64,000 bases of DNA. It comes from Candidatus Falkowbacteria bacterium (GTDB lineage: Bacteria; Patescibacteriota; Patescibacteriia; UBA11705). Below are positions 1-8,922 of this stretch, in pieces. Positions within the stretch are counted from its first letter, which is position 1; every line of letters starts with the position of its first letter. The position numbers were made by a program, and so were the translations under genes. The stretch lies in assembly GCA_003518055.1 (NCBI GenBank), contig DOZJ01000006.1:136912-200911 (forward strand), given 5' to 3'. The notes beneath the pieces were generated by a model. That model saw only the letters and a program-made list of their open reading frames with translations. It did not search any database and was not told the origin of the DNA.

Positions 1-125
1 GGCGGGTAATTTGGGGATTAGGGCTTTTAATTACACGACATTTGAAGAAATGAGGAACAAGATTAGTGAATTAATTCGTAATTAGTTTTTGCGTCCTCCC
101 ACTAAAGTGGGCCAAAGTTTATTTT

Positions 126-1223
126 ATGGCAAAAGATTATTATAAAATATTGGGCGTGGAAAAAAACGCCAGTCAGGAAGAAATAAAAAAAGCTTTTCGG
201 AAAAAAGCTCATGAATTTCATCCAGACAAGCCGACCGGCGATGAAGCCAAGTTCAAAGAGGTAAATGAAGCTTACCAAATTCTTGGTAATGAAGAAAAAC
301 GAAAACAATTCGATCAGTTTGGAGATGCGGCTTTTTCCGGCCAGGGTTTTGGCGGCACGGGGATGAATTGGGATGACTTTAGGCGTCAGGCGCGGCAGGG
401 CGGCGGAGGGGCGCAAAACGTTAATTTTGATTTTGGGGATCTCGGAGATATATTTGGGGATATTTTTGGTTTTGGCGGGTCAAGACGCGGCGCGTCAAGG
501 GCCCAGCATGGAGCTGATATTCAAATGACGCTGAATTTGGAATTCAAAGAAGCGGTTTTTGGGGTAAAAAAAGATATCCGGGTGTCGCGGCACGTGAAAT
601 GTTCTCATTGTCATGGGAATATGGCGGAGCCGGGAACGCCGATCAAAACTTGCGGTACGTGCGGCGGCGCCGGCCAAGTGATTCAGATGCGCCGGACGAT
701 GCTCGGTCAATTTCAAACAGCGAGTGCGTGTCCGGAGTGCGGCGGTGAAGGCAAACTGGTTGAAACCAAATGTTCGGTTTGTTTTGGCGTTGGAGTGGTG
801 CAGGATGACAGCAGGCTTGATGTTTCAATTCCGGCCGGGGTGGAGAGCGGTATGACACTGCGAGTACCCGGACAAGCTCATGCCGGGATAAACGGCGGAC
901 AACCGGGAGATATATATTTGCAGCTTCGAGTGAAAAAAGATTTACGATTCACGCGTGATGGTTTTGATATTTTTGTTGAAAAAAATATTTCCATGGTTCA
1001 AGCGGCTTTGGGCAGTTCAATCGAGGTGGAAACATTGGAAGAGCCGATTGAATTAAAAATTCCGGCCGGCACCCAGCCGGATTCCAAGTTTCGATTAAAA
1101 AGTAAAGGGGTGCCAAAAATGAACACCGGCGGCCGCGGCGAGATGTATGTGGTGATAAAAGTGGAGGTTCCCAAACGATTAAGCCGGAAACAGAAAAAAA
1201 TCTTGGAGGAATTTGATGAATAA
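126..1223 (+). CDS. dnaJ: Molecular chaperone DnaJ
   Basis: N-terminal J domain (DYYKILGV...HPD), G/F-rich linker, four CxxCxGxG-type zinc repeats, C-terminal domain. Confidence 0.97.
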   Translation: MAKDYYKILGVEKNASQEEIKKAFRKKAHEFHPDKPTGDEAKFKEVNEAYQILGNEEKRKQFDQFGDAAFSGQGFGGTGMNWDDFRRQARQGGGGAQNVNFDFGDLGDIFGDIFGFGGSRRGASRAQHGADIQMTLNLEFKEAVFGVKKDIRVSRHVKCSHCHGNMAEPGTPIKTCGTCGGAGQVIQMRRTMLGQFQTASACPECGGEGKLVETKCSVCFGVGVVQDDSRLDVSIPAGVESGMTLRVPGQAHAGINGGQPGDIYLQLRVKKDLRFTRDGFDIFVEKNISMVQAALGSSIEVETLEEPIELKIPAGTQPDSKFRLKSKGVPKMNTGGRGEMYVVIKVEVPKRLSRKQKKILEEFDE

Positions 1224-1324
1224 GATGGGGTTGGTGGCTATTCTTGGTAACACAGAGCATGACGAGATTTTTTGGTTGTTCGGGGATAATGGTTTAATTT
1301 TATATTATAATTGGAAACTAAAAT

Positions 1325-1831
1325 ATGCCGGAAATAATCCTGTTGGCGGTGTGTGTGGCCTTGTTTGCTAAATATTTAATGCTCAACGCGCCGTTTGTGC
1401 CGACCCACAAAGTGGATTTGCAGCGAATTGGCGATATGGTTGAGCATTATGACATCAAACGATTGGTTGATTTAGGATCTGGCAACGGCCGGATAATCGG
1501 CTATTTGGCTAAAAGGTTTCCGGAAAGAAATTTCGCGGGGATTGAAATCGCGCCGCTGCTTTTTTCCCTGACCAAAATTCGGTTTTGGCGGATGAAAAAA
1601 ATAAAAATAATTTTGGGATCGGTTTTTAATCATGGTTGGCGTGATTATGACGCGATTTTTGTTTTTTGGATGCCAAAGGCGTTTGAAAAGAAAATTGAAA
1701 AAATAAAACAAAGACTGATTCAAGGACAGGTGGTGATTTCTTATGCTTTCCCCATTCCGGGGTTATCAGATCATTTGGTTGAAAAGAATGTTGAGGTCAA
1801 ACAGCTGCCGATTTATGTTTATAAAATATAG
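1325..1831 (+). CDS. Membrane-anchored class I SAM-dependent methyltransferase
   Basis: N-terminal hydrophobic helix, APFVPT, motif I VDLGSGNG, GIE motif. Confidence 0.85.
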   Translation: MPEIILLAVCVALFAKYLMLNAPFVPTHKVDLQRIGDMVEHYDIKRLVDLGSGNGRIIGYLAKRFPERNFAGIEIAPLLFSLTKIRFWRMKKIKIILGSVFNHGWRDYDAIFVFWMPKAFEKKIEKIKQRLIQGQVVISYAFPIPGLSDHLVEKNVEVKQLPIYVYKI

Positions 1832-1915
1832 GAAGGAGAGGGGGAAAGGGGGCGGAAGAGGGCAGGAGGGGGCGGAAGAAAATATAAAAAAAGACTCACA
1901 TTGATATGTGAGATT

Positions 1916-2482
1916 TTATTTTCGGTATTGGTCGTAAATTTCTCGAATCAGCTCATCGGCTTCGGCCGGTGATTCGATGTATTGGAATTTGATGGCGGTG
2001 TTGAAGCCGGGGGCGATAAAGAAAGCCATTTCGGTGTGTTCACCGTGTTCGGTGTTGAGAATCAGGCGCGGCGTCATGCCTTGGGGTGTCTGATTGAGCT
2101 GGATGCGGGGAATAAATCCATGATCATCGGTCCAGACATTCTGAATCAAGAGATCGCAGATCACTGCGTCGCCCGGTTCGGCGTCGCCAAAGAAAGTCCA
2201 TTTCACGACCATATGTTTGCCGGTCAACTCCAAAACTTTTTTGGTGTGGGTAATCCAGCGAATGACCGGTTTCCCACTGGCAGTTTTCCCCTTTTCAACC
2301 CGGGCGTAGGGGTCATCTTCGTTTGGGATATAAAGGAAAACGCGTTTGATTGAGAATAAATTATGGATTTCCCTGCCGTTTGTTGGCGGCTGGCCGTCAA
2401 CTTCTTCGCCCGTTGGTTCAACCACAACGTCATCCATGGCACCGTTGTCTTCAAAATCATTCTGATCGGATACACCAGACAT
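1916..2482 (-). CDS. Hypothetical protein with acidic N-terminus, paralogue of 2797..3486
   Basis: 188-aa ORF with SD (AGGAG), own promoter, and visible similarity to the neighbouring ORF. Confidence 0.75.
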   Translation of the reverse strand: MSGVSDQNDFEDNGAMDDVVVEPTGEEVDGQPPTNGREIHNLFSIKRVFLYIPNEDDPYARVEKGKTASGKPVIRWITHTKKVLELTGKHMVVKWTFFGDAEPGDAVICDLLIQNVWTDDHGFIPRIQLNQTPQGMTPRLILNTEHGEHTEMAFFIAPGFNTAIKFQYIESPAEADELIREIYDQYRK

Positions 2483-2550
2483 TTGATTACTCCTATGGTT
2501 GGGGCAAATTGTCCCGAGGAGATCTCGGGATAAAAGGAACGGTTCAATAT

Positions 2551-2580
2551 ATTATAGTGAGCCAGGCGGGCTTTTGTCAA
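2551..2580 (-). promoter_or_regulatory. sigma70-type promoter for 1916..2482
   Basis: Minus strand TTGACA-18-TATAAT. Confidence 0.65.
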
Positions 2581-2796
2581 GGGGGCTTGCGGGTTTACGG
2601 GTATTTTGGAAATTACGGAAATTTCGGAAATAAGAAGGGGTTTTGGTTAAAGTAAACACTTGTAGTATTCGTAATCATTCGTAAATTTGCAATATAAAAA
2701 AAACCGCTCACTATTTAGGTGAGTCGGCGGGTAAGTTCACGTTGTGAGCTTTTTGGGATTGCCTCAGGTTTGAGGCTGTGGGGGAGTGCGGTCTTG

Positions 2797-3486
2797 CTAG
2801 CCGCGGCGCTGGACGGTCGGCTCTCGGTGGGAGTCCGCGAGGAGCGTCCGGAGGTTGACCGTGGGCGGGTTGAGCTCGCGCTGCTTCTGGTACTCCTCCT
2901 CCTCGGCGTCCTTGCGGGCGCGGAAGCAGGTGGGGCAGCAGATCGGCTCGCACTTGGCCTTCTCGCGGAGCTCGGTCGGGGTGAGGGTGTTCTGGAAGCT
3001 GCCCGGGCAGTCGTCGGCCTCGTGCACCTCGCACACGTGGGTGTGGAGAGCCTTGAACTTCAGGTTCTTGCGGCCGCCGAGCGCGATGTTGCCGCTGGCG
3101 TTGTCCTCGACGACCACCATCTTGGTGGTGGGGACGACGTTCGGCGTCTCGATCAGGTTGACGTAGCGGACGTCGCCGTGCGCCGTGGACTTCTCGTAGA
3201 CACGGACCGTGCAGACCGCGGTGCGGCCGGCGAGCAGCTTGCCGAAGAGGAAGTAGTTGATCACCAGCGTCTTGCCGGTCTTTTCCAGCAGATGGCGGGT
3301 CAGGCCGACCCACTGGAGATGCGGCGGGATCGGGGTGCCGTCGGGCAGGGTGGCGTCGGTGACGACGCGCACCGGCTGCTGATTGGGCATCAGCTCGGGG
3401 ACGCTGATCTGAACGGCGTGCTTCTCGTAGATGAGGTCGTGAGGGATGTTCTCGGGGTAGGTGTAGGGGCTCTGGAGCTCGCTCAT
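2797..3486 (-). CDS. Hypothetical protein with C-terminal Cys/His cluster (putative Zn-binding), paralogue of 1916..2482
   Basis: Start moved to the ATG at 3486 behind GGAGG; GC-rich codon usage; HVCEVH...DCPG...CEPICCPTC. Confidence 0.78.
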   Translation of the reverse strand: MSELQSPYTYPENIPHDLIYEKHAVQISVPELMPNQQPVRVVTDATLPDGTPIPPHLQWVGLTRHLLEKTGKTLVINYFLFGKLLAGRTAVCTVRVYEKSTAHGDVRYVNLIETPNVVPTTKMVVVEDNASGNIALGGRKNLKFKALHTHVCEVHEADDCPGSFQNTLTPTELREKAKCEPICCPTCFRARKDAEEEEYQKQRELNPPTVNLRTLLADSHREPTVQRRG

Positions 3487-3564
3487 CGGATCCTCCGTAA
3501 AATGGCCCGTTTGGGCGTCATGTGGCGGCAATGCGCCGCGGGGATGGAATGTACAGTATTAAGC

Positions 3565-3593
3565 ATTATATCATATTTTTGACAAAAAGTCAA
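3565..3593 (-). promoter_or_regulatory. sigma70-type promoter with extended -10
   Basis: Minus strand TTGACT-17-TATAAT preceded by TGn. Confidence 0.7.
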
Positions 3594-3656
3594 TAGTTGG
3601 GGGTCGGGGGTAGGGTTTAGGGAACCATTGTGATGATTTTTGCCTAAAATAAAATA

Positions 3657-3682
3657 AAAAAATCGGCTAGATTTCTAGCCGA
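3657..3682 (-). terminator. Intrinsic terminator of 3693..3962
   Basis: tcggctag/ctagccga hairpin followed by a T-run on the minus strand. Confidence 0.65.
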
Positions 3683-3692
3683 GAGGTGGGCT

Positions 3693-3962
3693 TCAGACTC
3701 GCCATTTGAGTCGATTGAATCTTGAGTGATTCGAGCGAAAGATAAAGAGTTCCCAGCTAAATACCAGCAGCGGTGGATTGATTAGCCAGATAGCTTTACT
3801 GCTGACGGCAAAGGCAATGACATCGATGACTCCGAGTAGAATTACGTTGGCCCAATAGAAGGTGAAAAAGGTGTTTTGGGTCCAGTGATAGGCGAGAGCC
3901 AGCTTCAACCAAACCACAAACAGAACTACAAGAAACAAATGCAGGCCAAGTAGAATGGTCAT
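3693..3962 (-). CDS. Small membrane protein (2-3 TM)
   Basis: Hydrophobic 89-aa ORF, GGAGG SD, promoter and terminator. Confidence 0.7.
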   Translation of the reverse strand: MTILLGLHLFLVVLFVVWLKLALAYHWTQNTFFTFYWANVILLGVIDVIAFAVSSKAIWLINPPLLVFSWELFIFRSNHSRFNRLKWRV

Positions 3963-4002
3963 GGTTCCTCCATCGTGGTTTAACTGTGGAATTGTATATT
4001 AT

Positions 4003-4031
4003 ATTATATCAATAATATTTTCTTTTGTCAA
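4003..4031 (-). promoter_or_regulatory. sigma70-type promoter with extended -10
   Basis: Minus strand TTGACA-17-TATAAT with TGn. Confidence 0.75.
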
Positions 4032-4099
4032 TGGTAGCGGGTAGGGTTTAAGGGAGAGTTGTGATGATTTTTGGCTAAAAATTTGGTGTTTTATTTACT

Positions 4100-4133
4100 C
4101 CCGTAGTGGTCGGTCGCGACCGACCACTACGGG
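4100..4133. repeat. Perfect 34-bp palindrome, GTAG-type REP-like
   Basis: cccGTAGtggtcggtcg|cgaccgaccaCTACggg. Confidence 0.8.
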
Positions 4134-4274
4134 GATAGTTGAATTGAATTTTTGGGGAAATTTGGATATAATTGTTAAATAATGAAGAATGTTCATGTAC
4201 TAAATAACAGTCGGAAGGTTACCCTTCGAGAACCTCAGGGTGACAAGAAGTAAAGGTGGTACAGAAAATGTTTT

Positions 4275-5243
4275 ATGAAAACTTTTTGGGACAAACTACC
4301 GCGGCCGTTTTTGGCCTTGGCGCCGATGGCGGGAATTTCAGATTCGGCTTTTAGACAGATGTGCTTGAAATACGGCGCTGATGTTGTTTATACTGAAATG
4401 ACGGCATTTGATGCGCTGCATTATGGCAGCGCAAAGACGCTTGAAATGTTGAAATTCAATAAACGCAAAGAGCGACCGATTGTTATTCAGCTTTTTGGTA
4501 AACGGCCGGAGACTGTTAAAAAAGCCGTGGAGATGGTTGAAACGGCCGGATTTGACGGGATTGATATTAATTTTGGCTGTCCGGCCAGAAAAGTGGTAGC
4601 GCATGGCGGCGGCATTACACTCCTGCGAGATTTGAATTTGGCGCGCGAGATGGTGCAAGCGGTCACAGAAGCGGCGACGGTTCCGGTGTCAGTTAAAACC
4701 AGAACGTCTATCCTTCGAGTGACTCAGGTTGACAAAAGGGTAACTGTGTTTGATTTTATTGATAAAATAAAAGATTTGCCGGTAAAAGCGCTCATGATTC
4801 ATGGGCGCAGTTATGAGGGTGGATTTTCTGCTCCGATTGATTTTGACGTGATTAAACAAGTAAAGGAAACATTTAACGGCGTGGTCATCGGCAATGGCGG
4901 CATCAATACGCCGGAGCAAGCGATGGAGATGTTGAATAAAACCGGTGTTGACGGTTTGGGTTTGGCGCGAGGTCTTTATGGTCGACCGTATTTGTTTCAG
5001 CAAGCCAAGGAATATTTAAATAAAGGAAAATACAAAGAAGTAACATTAAAACAAATAAAAAAAATTGCGGTTGAGCACACGGAGTTATTGGCGGAATTGA
5101 AGGGAGAGTCAGGGATGTTTGAAATTCGGAAACATTTGTTGTGGTATTTCCGAGGGTTTCCAAATGCAGCGGAATGGCGGCAAAAGTTGGTCCGGGTGGA
5201 AAGTGTGGATGAGGTGGAGGGAATATTAAAAACGATGGTGTAA
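4275..5243 (+). CDS. dusB: tRNA-dihydrouridine synthase (DusB-like)
   Basis: LAPMAG, IDINFGCP, IHGR, GNGGI, ARG motifs. Confidence 0.93.
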   Translation: MKTFWDKLPRPFLALAPMAGISDSAFRQMCLKYGADVVYTEMTAFDALHYGSAKTLEMLKFNKRKERPIVIQLFGKRPETVKKAVEMVETAGFDGIDINFGCPARKVVAHGGGITLLRDLNLAREMVQAVTEAATVPVSVKTRTSILRVTQVDKRVTVFDFIDKIKDLPVKALMIHGRSYEGGFSAPIDFDVIKQVKETFNGVVIGNGGINTPEQAMEMLNKTGVDGLGLARGLYGRPYLFQQAKEYLNKGKYKEVTLKQIKKIAVEHTELLAELKGESGMFEIRKHLLWYFRGFPNAAEWRQKLVRVESVDEVEGILKTMV

Positions 5244-5354
5244 CTGGAATTACAAAAGTTTGGCGGGTAGGTTGGTTTTACAAAAGGACACAATAACCGC
5301 TGAAGTGTGATAGTTGGTGATTTTTACAAAAATTTGGCGGGGTAACTGGAACTA

Positions 5355-5471
5355 CCCACCTACGCTCTTACTTCCACCTACGCATAACGCTTATGCCTTC
5401 GCTAAAGCTATGGCATACAGGTCGGTGGACAGGGCGTAGAGCTACGGCGCCTGCCTGCCGGGAGGCAGGGG
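5355..5471 (+). repeat. Nested cluster of ~30-nt CARG-tailed hairpin elements
   Basis: Innermost copy 5392-5421 (30 nt) lies inside 5373-5433, which lies inside 5355-5471; plus a 20-nt cctgcc...ggcagg insert at 5450-5469. Confidence 0.8.
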
Positions 5472-5677
5472 CGCGGCGGAAGTAACGAGGGAAGAGTAAA
5501 GAGTAAAGAGGGATCGAAGATTGGTTGACTGTTAACTCGCCACTGATAATTTTTTTAAAAGACAAGACCCCCGGACCGTAGTCTCGGGGGCAGAACGTGG
5601 CCTTTGGCCAGCGTGGGTTTGATGGGATTATCCGTGGACGTGCCTGTTGGCGGGATGGTAGGGGGGGGCTGTGAGTT

Positions 5678-5932
5678 TCAGCGGATCAGATTTCTTATCC
5701 ATCGGCCGAAATAGCGGATGATTTCCCAAAGCGAACGAAAGAACAATTCTATAAACCAGAATACCACACGAAACGGCAACAAGGCAACAAAGACAAATGA
5801 ATTGCTGGCATGCTTCTTGATTTTTTTCCAGTTTTTCTCGCCCATGATCGGACGAAAGATAAAGGCGACGCCGACCAGAATCAGGTAGTAGGCGATAATA
5901 CGCCAAGCAAGAAACTGCCATTCGTTGGTCAT
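5678..5932 (-). CDS. Small basic membrane protein
   Basis: ATG at 5932 behind GGAGG; two hydrophobic segments; promoter TTGACA-17-TAAAAT at 5958-5986. Confidence 0.7.
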   Translation of the reverse strand: MTNEWQFLAWRIIAYYLILVGVAFIFRPIMGEKNWKKIKKHASNSFVFVALLPFRVVFWFIELFFRSLWEIIRYFGRWIRNLIR

Positions 5933-6103
5933 GGTTCCTCCTAGATTAGAATGTGTTATTTTATCATATAATAATAATTTTGTCAAATGAGCGTGGGCTT
6001 AGACTGATTTACATTTTGGGATTTGACTGGTACAATAATCGTGAGTAATCTCGGGTAATTTTCAGGTAATAATCATTGTTTACAGAAAAAAATATAAATT
6101 AAT

Positions 6104-6823
6104 ATGAAAACAAAAACGACAACGAAAACCGGCAGTGATGAAGCGGAAAAATTAAAAAAAGACATTGTTGATGAAAATTCAGAATTGGATACAGGTTCAG
6201 AGACAATCGCTGATGAGGAGATTGAATCTGACGATGAAGATGAAGTGACAGCCAAAAAGCCCGACGGGGTTAAAAGATCAATAAAGGAAGATATCCTTTC
6301 GGTTTTGCCGCCGATTAAAGAGGTGGGAGCACCGGCCGGAGTAGTTGAAGTCAAGGAAAAAACAACCGAAGCATTGGAACAAGAAAAATTGGCATTGGAA
6401 AAAGAGCGGGAGGCGGTAAAAAAAGAAATTGAAGCTGACAAGGAAGATCTGGGTACGGTAGCGTCAGCGGCGGTCGCGGCGGCCACTCAGGACAAAAAAA
6501 ATCCAGTAATGGTGGAAGTGGAGGGAGTGCTGGAAGATGGTCTGGATCCTTATTTTTTGAAAATGACCCCGGCGGAAAAAGCTGAGTTCAAAAAAGTCGG
6601 CGAGGAAACGGCCGGCAAGGTAATGACGCTGTTGAAGGAAACAAAAGTAAAAGTGGTGAAAATTTTGGAATTGATTGCCAACTGGCTCAAAATGATTCCC
6701 GGAGTAAATAAATATTTTTTGGAGCAGGAGAGCAAGATTAAAACTGATACATTATTAAAAATGAAAGAGGAGGGGATGTTTGACCAGCCAGAGGCTCAAA
6801 CGGATGAAAACAAAATCAGCTAA
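6104..6823 (+). CDS. Hypothetical protein, low-complexity acidic N-terminus and helical C-terminal domain
   Basis: 239-aa ORF ending 2 nt before mreB, host-like codon usage. Confidence 0.8.
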   Translation: MKTKTTTKTGSDEAEKLKKDIVDENSELDTGSETIADEEIESDDEDEVTAKKPDGVKRSIKEDILSVLPPIKEVGAPAGVVEVKEKTTEALEQEKLALEKEREAVKKEIEADKEDLGTVASAAVAAATQDKKNPVMVEVEGVLEDGLDPYFLKMTPAEKAEFKKVGEETAGKVMTLLKETKVKVVKILELIANWLKMIPGVNKYFLEQESKIKTDTLLKMKEEGMFDQPEAQTDENKIS

Positions 6824-6825
6824 TT

Positions 6826-7833
6826 ATGTTTATCAAGAAAATTGGTATTGACCTTGGTACGACTTACACCCTCGTGCATTTACCGAAAAAGGGAATCGTG
6901 ATCAATGAACCGTCAGTAGTGGCGGTTTCGATTACGGACAAAAAAATTCTGGCGGTTGGTGATGAAGCGAAAGAGATGATCGGGCGCACACCCGAATCGA
7001 TTATCGCCTCGCGGCCGCTCAAAGACGGCGTGATTGCCGATTATAAAGCAACGGAGGCGATGCTTCGTTATTTTATTAATAAAGCACTTGGCGGAATTAA
7101 ACTGTTTCGACCGGAGGTGATGGTGGCGGTGCCGGCCGGAATCACTTCAACTGAACGTAGAGCGGTGATTGACGCGACAATCGCGGCCGGCGCGAGGGCG
7201 GCGTATATTATCAAAGAGCCGATCGCAGCGGCCATCGGCGCCAATATTCCGATTGGGACGGCCAGCGGTCATATGATTATCGATATCGGCGGTGGCACTA
7301 GCGAAATCGCAGTTATTTCACTTGGCGGTATTGTGGCGGCCAAGTCGGTTCGTATCGGCGGCAATCGGTTTGATAATGCCATTTCCGAGTTTATTAGACG
7401 AAAATACGGGTTGGCGGTAGGCGAGCGAACCGCGGAAAATATTAAAATTGAAATTGGCAGCGCGCTTTACGCCGAGGATCCGGATATTATGGATATCCGC
7501 GGCCGAGATATGATCAGCGGTTTGCCGAAAACGGTTAGCATTACGTCAAATGATGTGACTGAAGCGCTGCAGAAAGATTTGGAAGGAGTAATTCAGGCAG
7601 TCAAAGAGGTGTTGAATCAGACGCCGCCGGAGCTGTCAGCCGATGTGATTGATAAGGGAATTATCATGTCCGGCGGCGGCAGCCTGCTGCGCAATATTGA
7701 TCAATTGATTTCCCGCGCCATCGGCGTGCCGGTTTACGTGGCGGATGATTCTCTACTCTGCGTGGCCAAAGGTACGGGGATTGCGCTTGATAATTTGGAG
7801 ACTTATAAGCGGTCGATTTTGGCGACGCGATAG
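6826..7833 (+). CDS. mreB: Rod shape-determining actin-like protein MreB/Mbl
   Basis: IGIDLGT, NEPSVVA, PLKDGVIAD, IDIGGGT, SGGGSLL. Confidence 0.96.
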   Translation: MFIKKIGIDLGTTYTLVHLPKKGIVINEPSVVAVSITDKKILAVGDEAKEMIGRTPESIIASRPLKDGVIADYKATEAMLRYFINKALGGIKLFRPEVMVAVPAGITSTERRAVIDATIAAGARAAYIIKEPIAAAIGANIPIGTASGHMIIDIGGGTSEIAVISLGGIVAAKSVRIGGNRFDNAISEFIRRKYGLAVGERTAENIKIEIGSALYAEDPDIMDIRGRDMISGLPKTVSITSNDVTEALQKDLEGVIQAVKEVLNQTPPELSADVIDKGIIMSGGGSLLRNIDQLISRAIGVPVYVADDSLLCVAKGTGIALDNLETYKRSILATR

Positions 7834-7837
7834 TTTT

Positions 7838-8374
7838 ATGACATATACGGATGCTTCATTACTCACGAATAGTATAATGTCTTCCTATGTAGAGTTGGTT
7901 GTTGGGATATTTGCAATTCGTCAGAATGGAATAGGAAATTTGTTTTGTTCTATTGGTGAGTTAAGTGTTGAATCCTCATTTAAACACCAACACTTTATAA
8001 TAGGATTACAGGATTTTATTTCAAAAATTACAACGGATGAATATAAAATGTTACACATGCAGACTGCTTTTAGACAGTTGAATCGAATGTTTATTTTATC
8101 GATGTGGGAAATATTGGTGGGGCATAATCGATATAATGATATTTGTAATGAGGAGGAAATCCAGTTTTTTCGACATATAAGAAATGGGTGTGCTCATGAT
8201 AATAAGTTAAATTTTAAGCAACTAGAAAAAACAGCTAAATGGAGAACTGTTGAGTTGAAGAGTTCTGATATTGCTAGGTCGATTTTTCCCGATGTTCTAA
8301 AAGATGGGGACCCAATTTTGTTATTAATAGATATAAATAATAAATATTTTACCCCGATTAATTTTTATAAGTAA
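7838..8374 (+). CDS. Putative HEPN-like ribonuclease
   Basis: ATG 4 nt after the mreB stop; AT-rich; helical with Rx4H motif in FRHIRNGCAHD. Confidence 0.6.
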   Translation: MTYTDASLLTNSIMSSYVELVVGIFAIRQNGIGNLFCSIGELSVESSFKHQHFIIGLQDFISKITTDEYKMLHMQTAFRQLNRMFILSMWEILVGHNRYNDICNEEEIQFFRHIRNGCAHDNKLNFKQLEKTAKWRTVELKSSDIARSIFPDVLKDGDPILLLIDINNKYFTPINFYK

Positions 8375-8385
8375 CTTTTAAATTA

Positions 8386-8862
8386 ATGAATTACGCTTTT
8401 ATTGATAGTCAAAATTTAAACTTGGGAGTTCAGGAGTTGGGTTGGAGGTTGGATTGGAAAAAGTTTAGGATATATTTAAAACATAAGTATAAGGTTGAAA
8501 GAGCTTATTTGTTTATTGGTTTTGTTGAAGATAATGGCAATATGTATCGGTTGTTGCAGTCGTACGGTTTTATTTTAGTCTTTAAGCCGACTTTGAAAGA
8601 TGGGAAAGGAAATATAAAGGGGAATGTTGATGCTGATTTAGTTTTGCGAGCAATGGTTGACAAGGAAGAATATGACCAAGCGATAATTGTTACAAGCGAT
8701 GGCGATTTTTATTGTTTGGTAGAGTATTTATACGGAAATAATAAGTTGCGTTGTGTTATTAGTCCGTGCAAGAAATATTGTTCAACATTACTTCAAAGAG
8801 CGGCAAAAGAGAAGATACATTATATGGATAATTTGTGTAAGAAATTGCAGTATTTAAAATGA
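8386..8862 (+). CDS. NYN (LabA/DUF88, PIN-fold) domain nuclease
   Basis: FIDSQNL, KGNVDADL, IVTSDGDF acidic motifs. Confidence 0.9.
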   Translation: MNYAFIDSQNLNLGVQELGWRLDWKKFRIYLKHKYKVERAYLFIGFVEDNGNMYRLLQSYGFILVFKPTLKDGKGNIKGNVDADLVLRAMVDKEEYDQAIIVTSDGDFYCLVEYLYGNNKLRCVISPCKKYCSTLLQRAAKEKIHYMDNLCKKLQYLK

Positions 8863-8905
8863 AAAAGCACCGCTATTAGACTAACCTGAATAGAAGTGCT
8901 TTTTC
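8861..8905. terminator. Bidirectional terminator-like hairpin after NYN
   Basis: gaaaaagcac/gtgctttttc 10-bp stem with inner ctatt/aatag. Confidence 0.75.
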
Positions 8906-8922
8906 CTATTGATTCCATTATA

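Noticed and set aside
2711-3582. Long ORFs 2719..3582 (+) and 2711..3313 (-)
   Set aside because: Shadow frames of the GC-rich gene 2797..3486, which has the SD, the promoter and homology to its neighbour
5355-5471. CRISPR array interpretation of the 30-nt repeats
   Set aside because: Copies are nested or dispersed, vary by compensatory changes, lack regular spacers, and no cas genes are present
5368-5921. ORFs 5368..5565 and 5628..5921 (-)
   Set aside because: The first is translated nested repeats; the second overlaps the SD-led 5678..5932 gene in another frame
7745-7837. Upstream start of ORF 7745..8374
   Set aside because: Overlaps the mreB 3' end; ATG 7838 just after the mreB stop is more plausible
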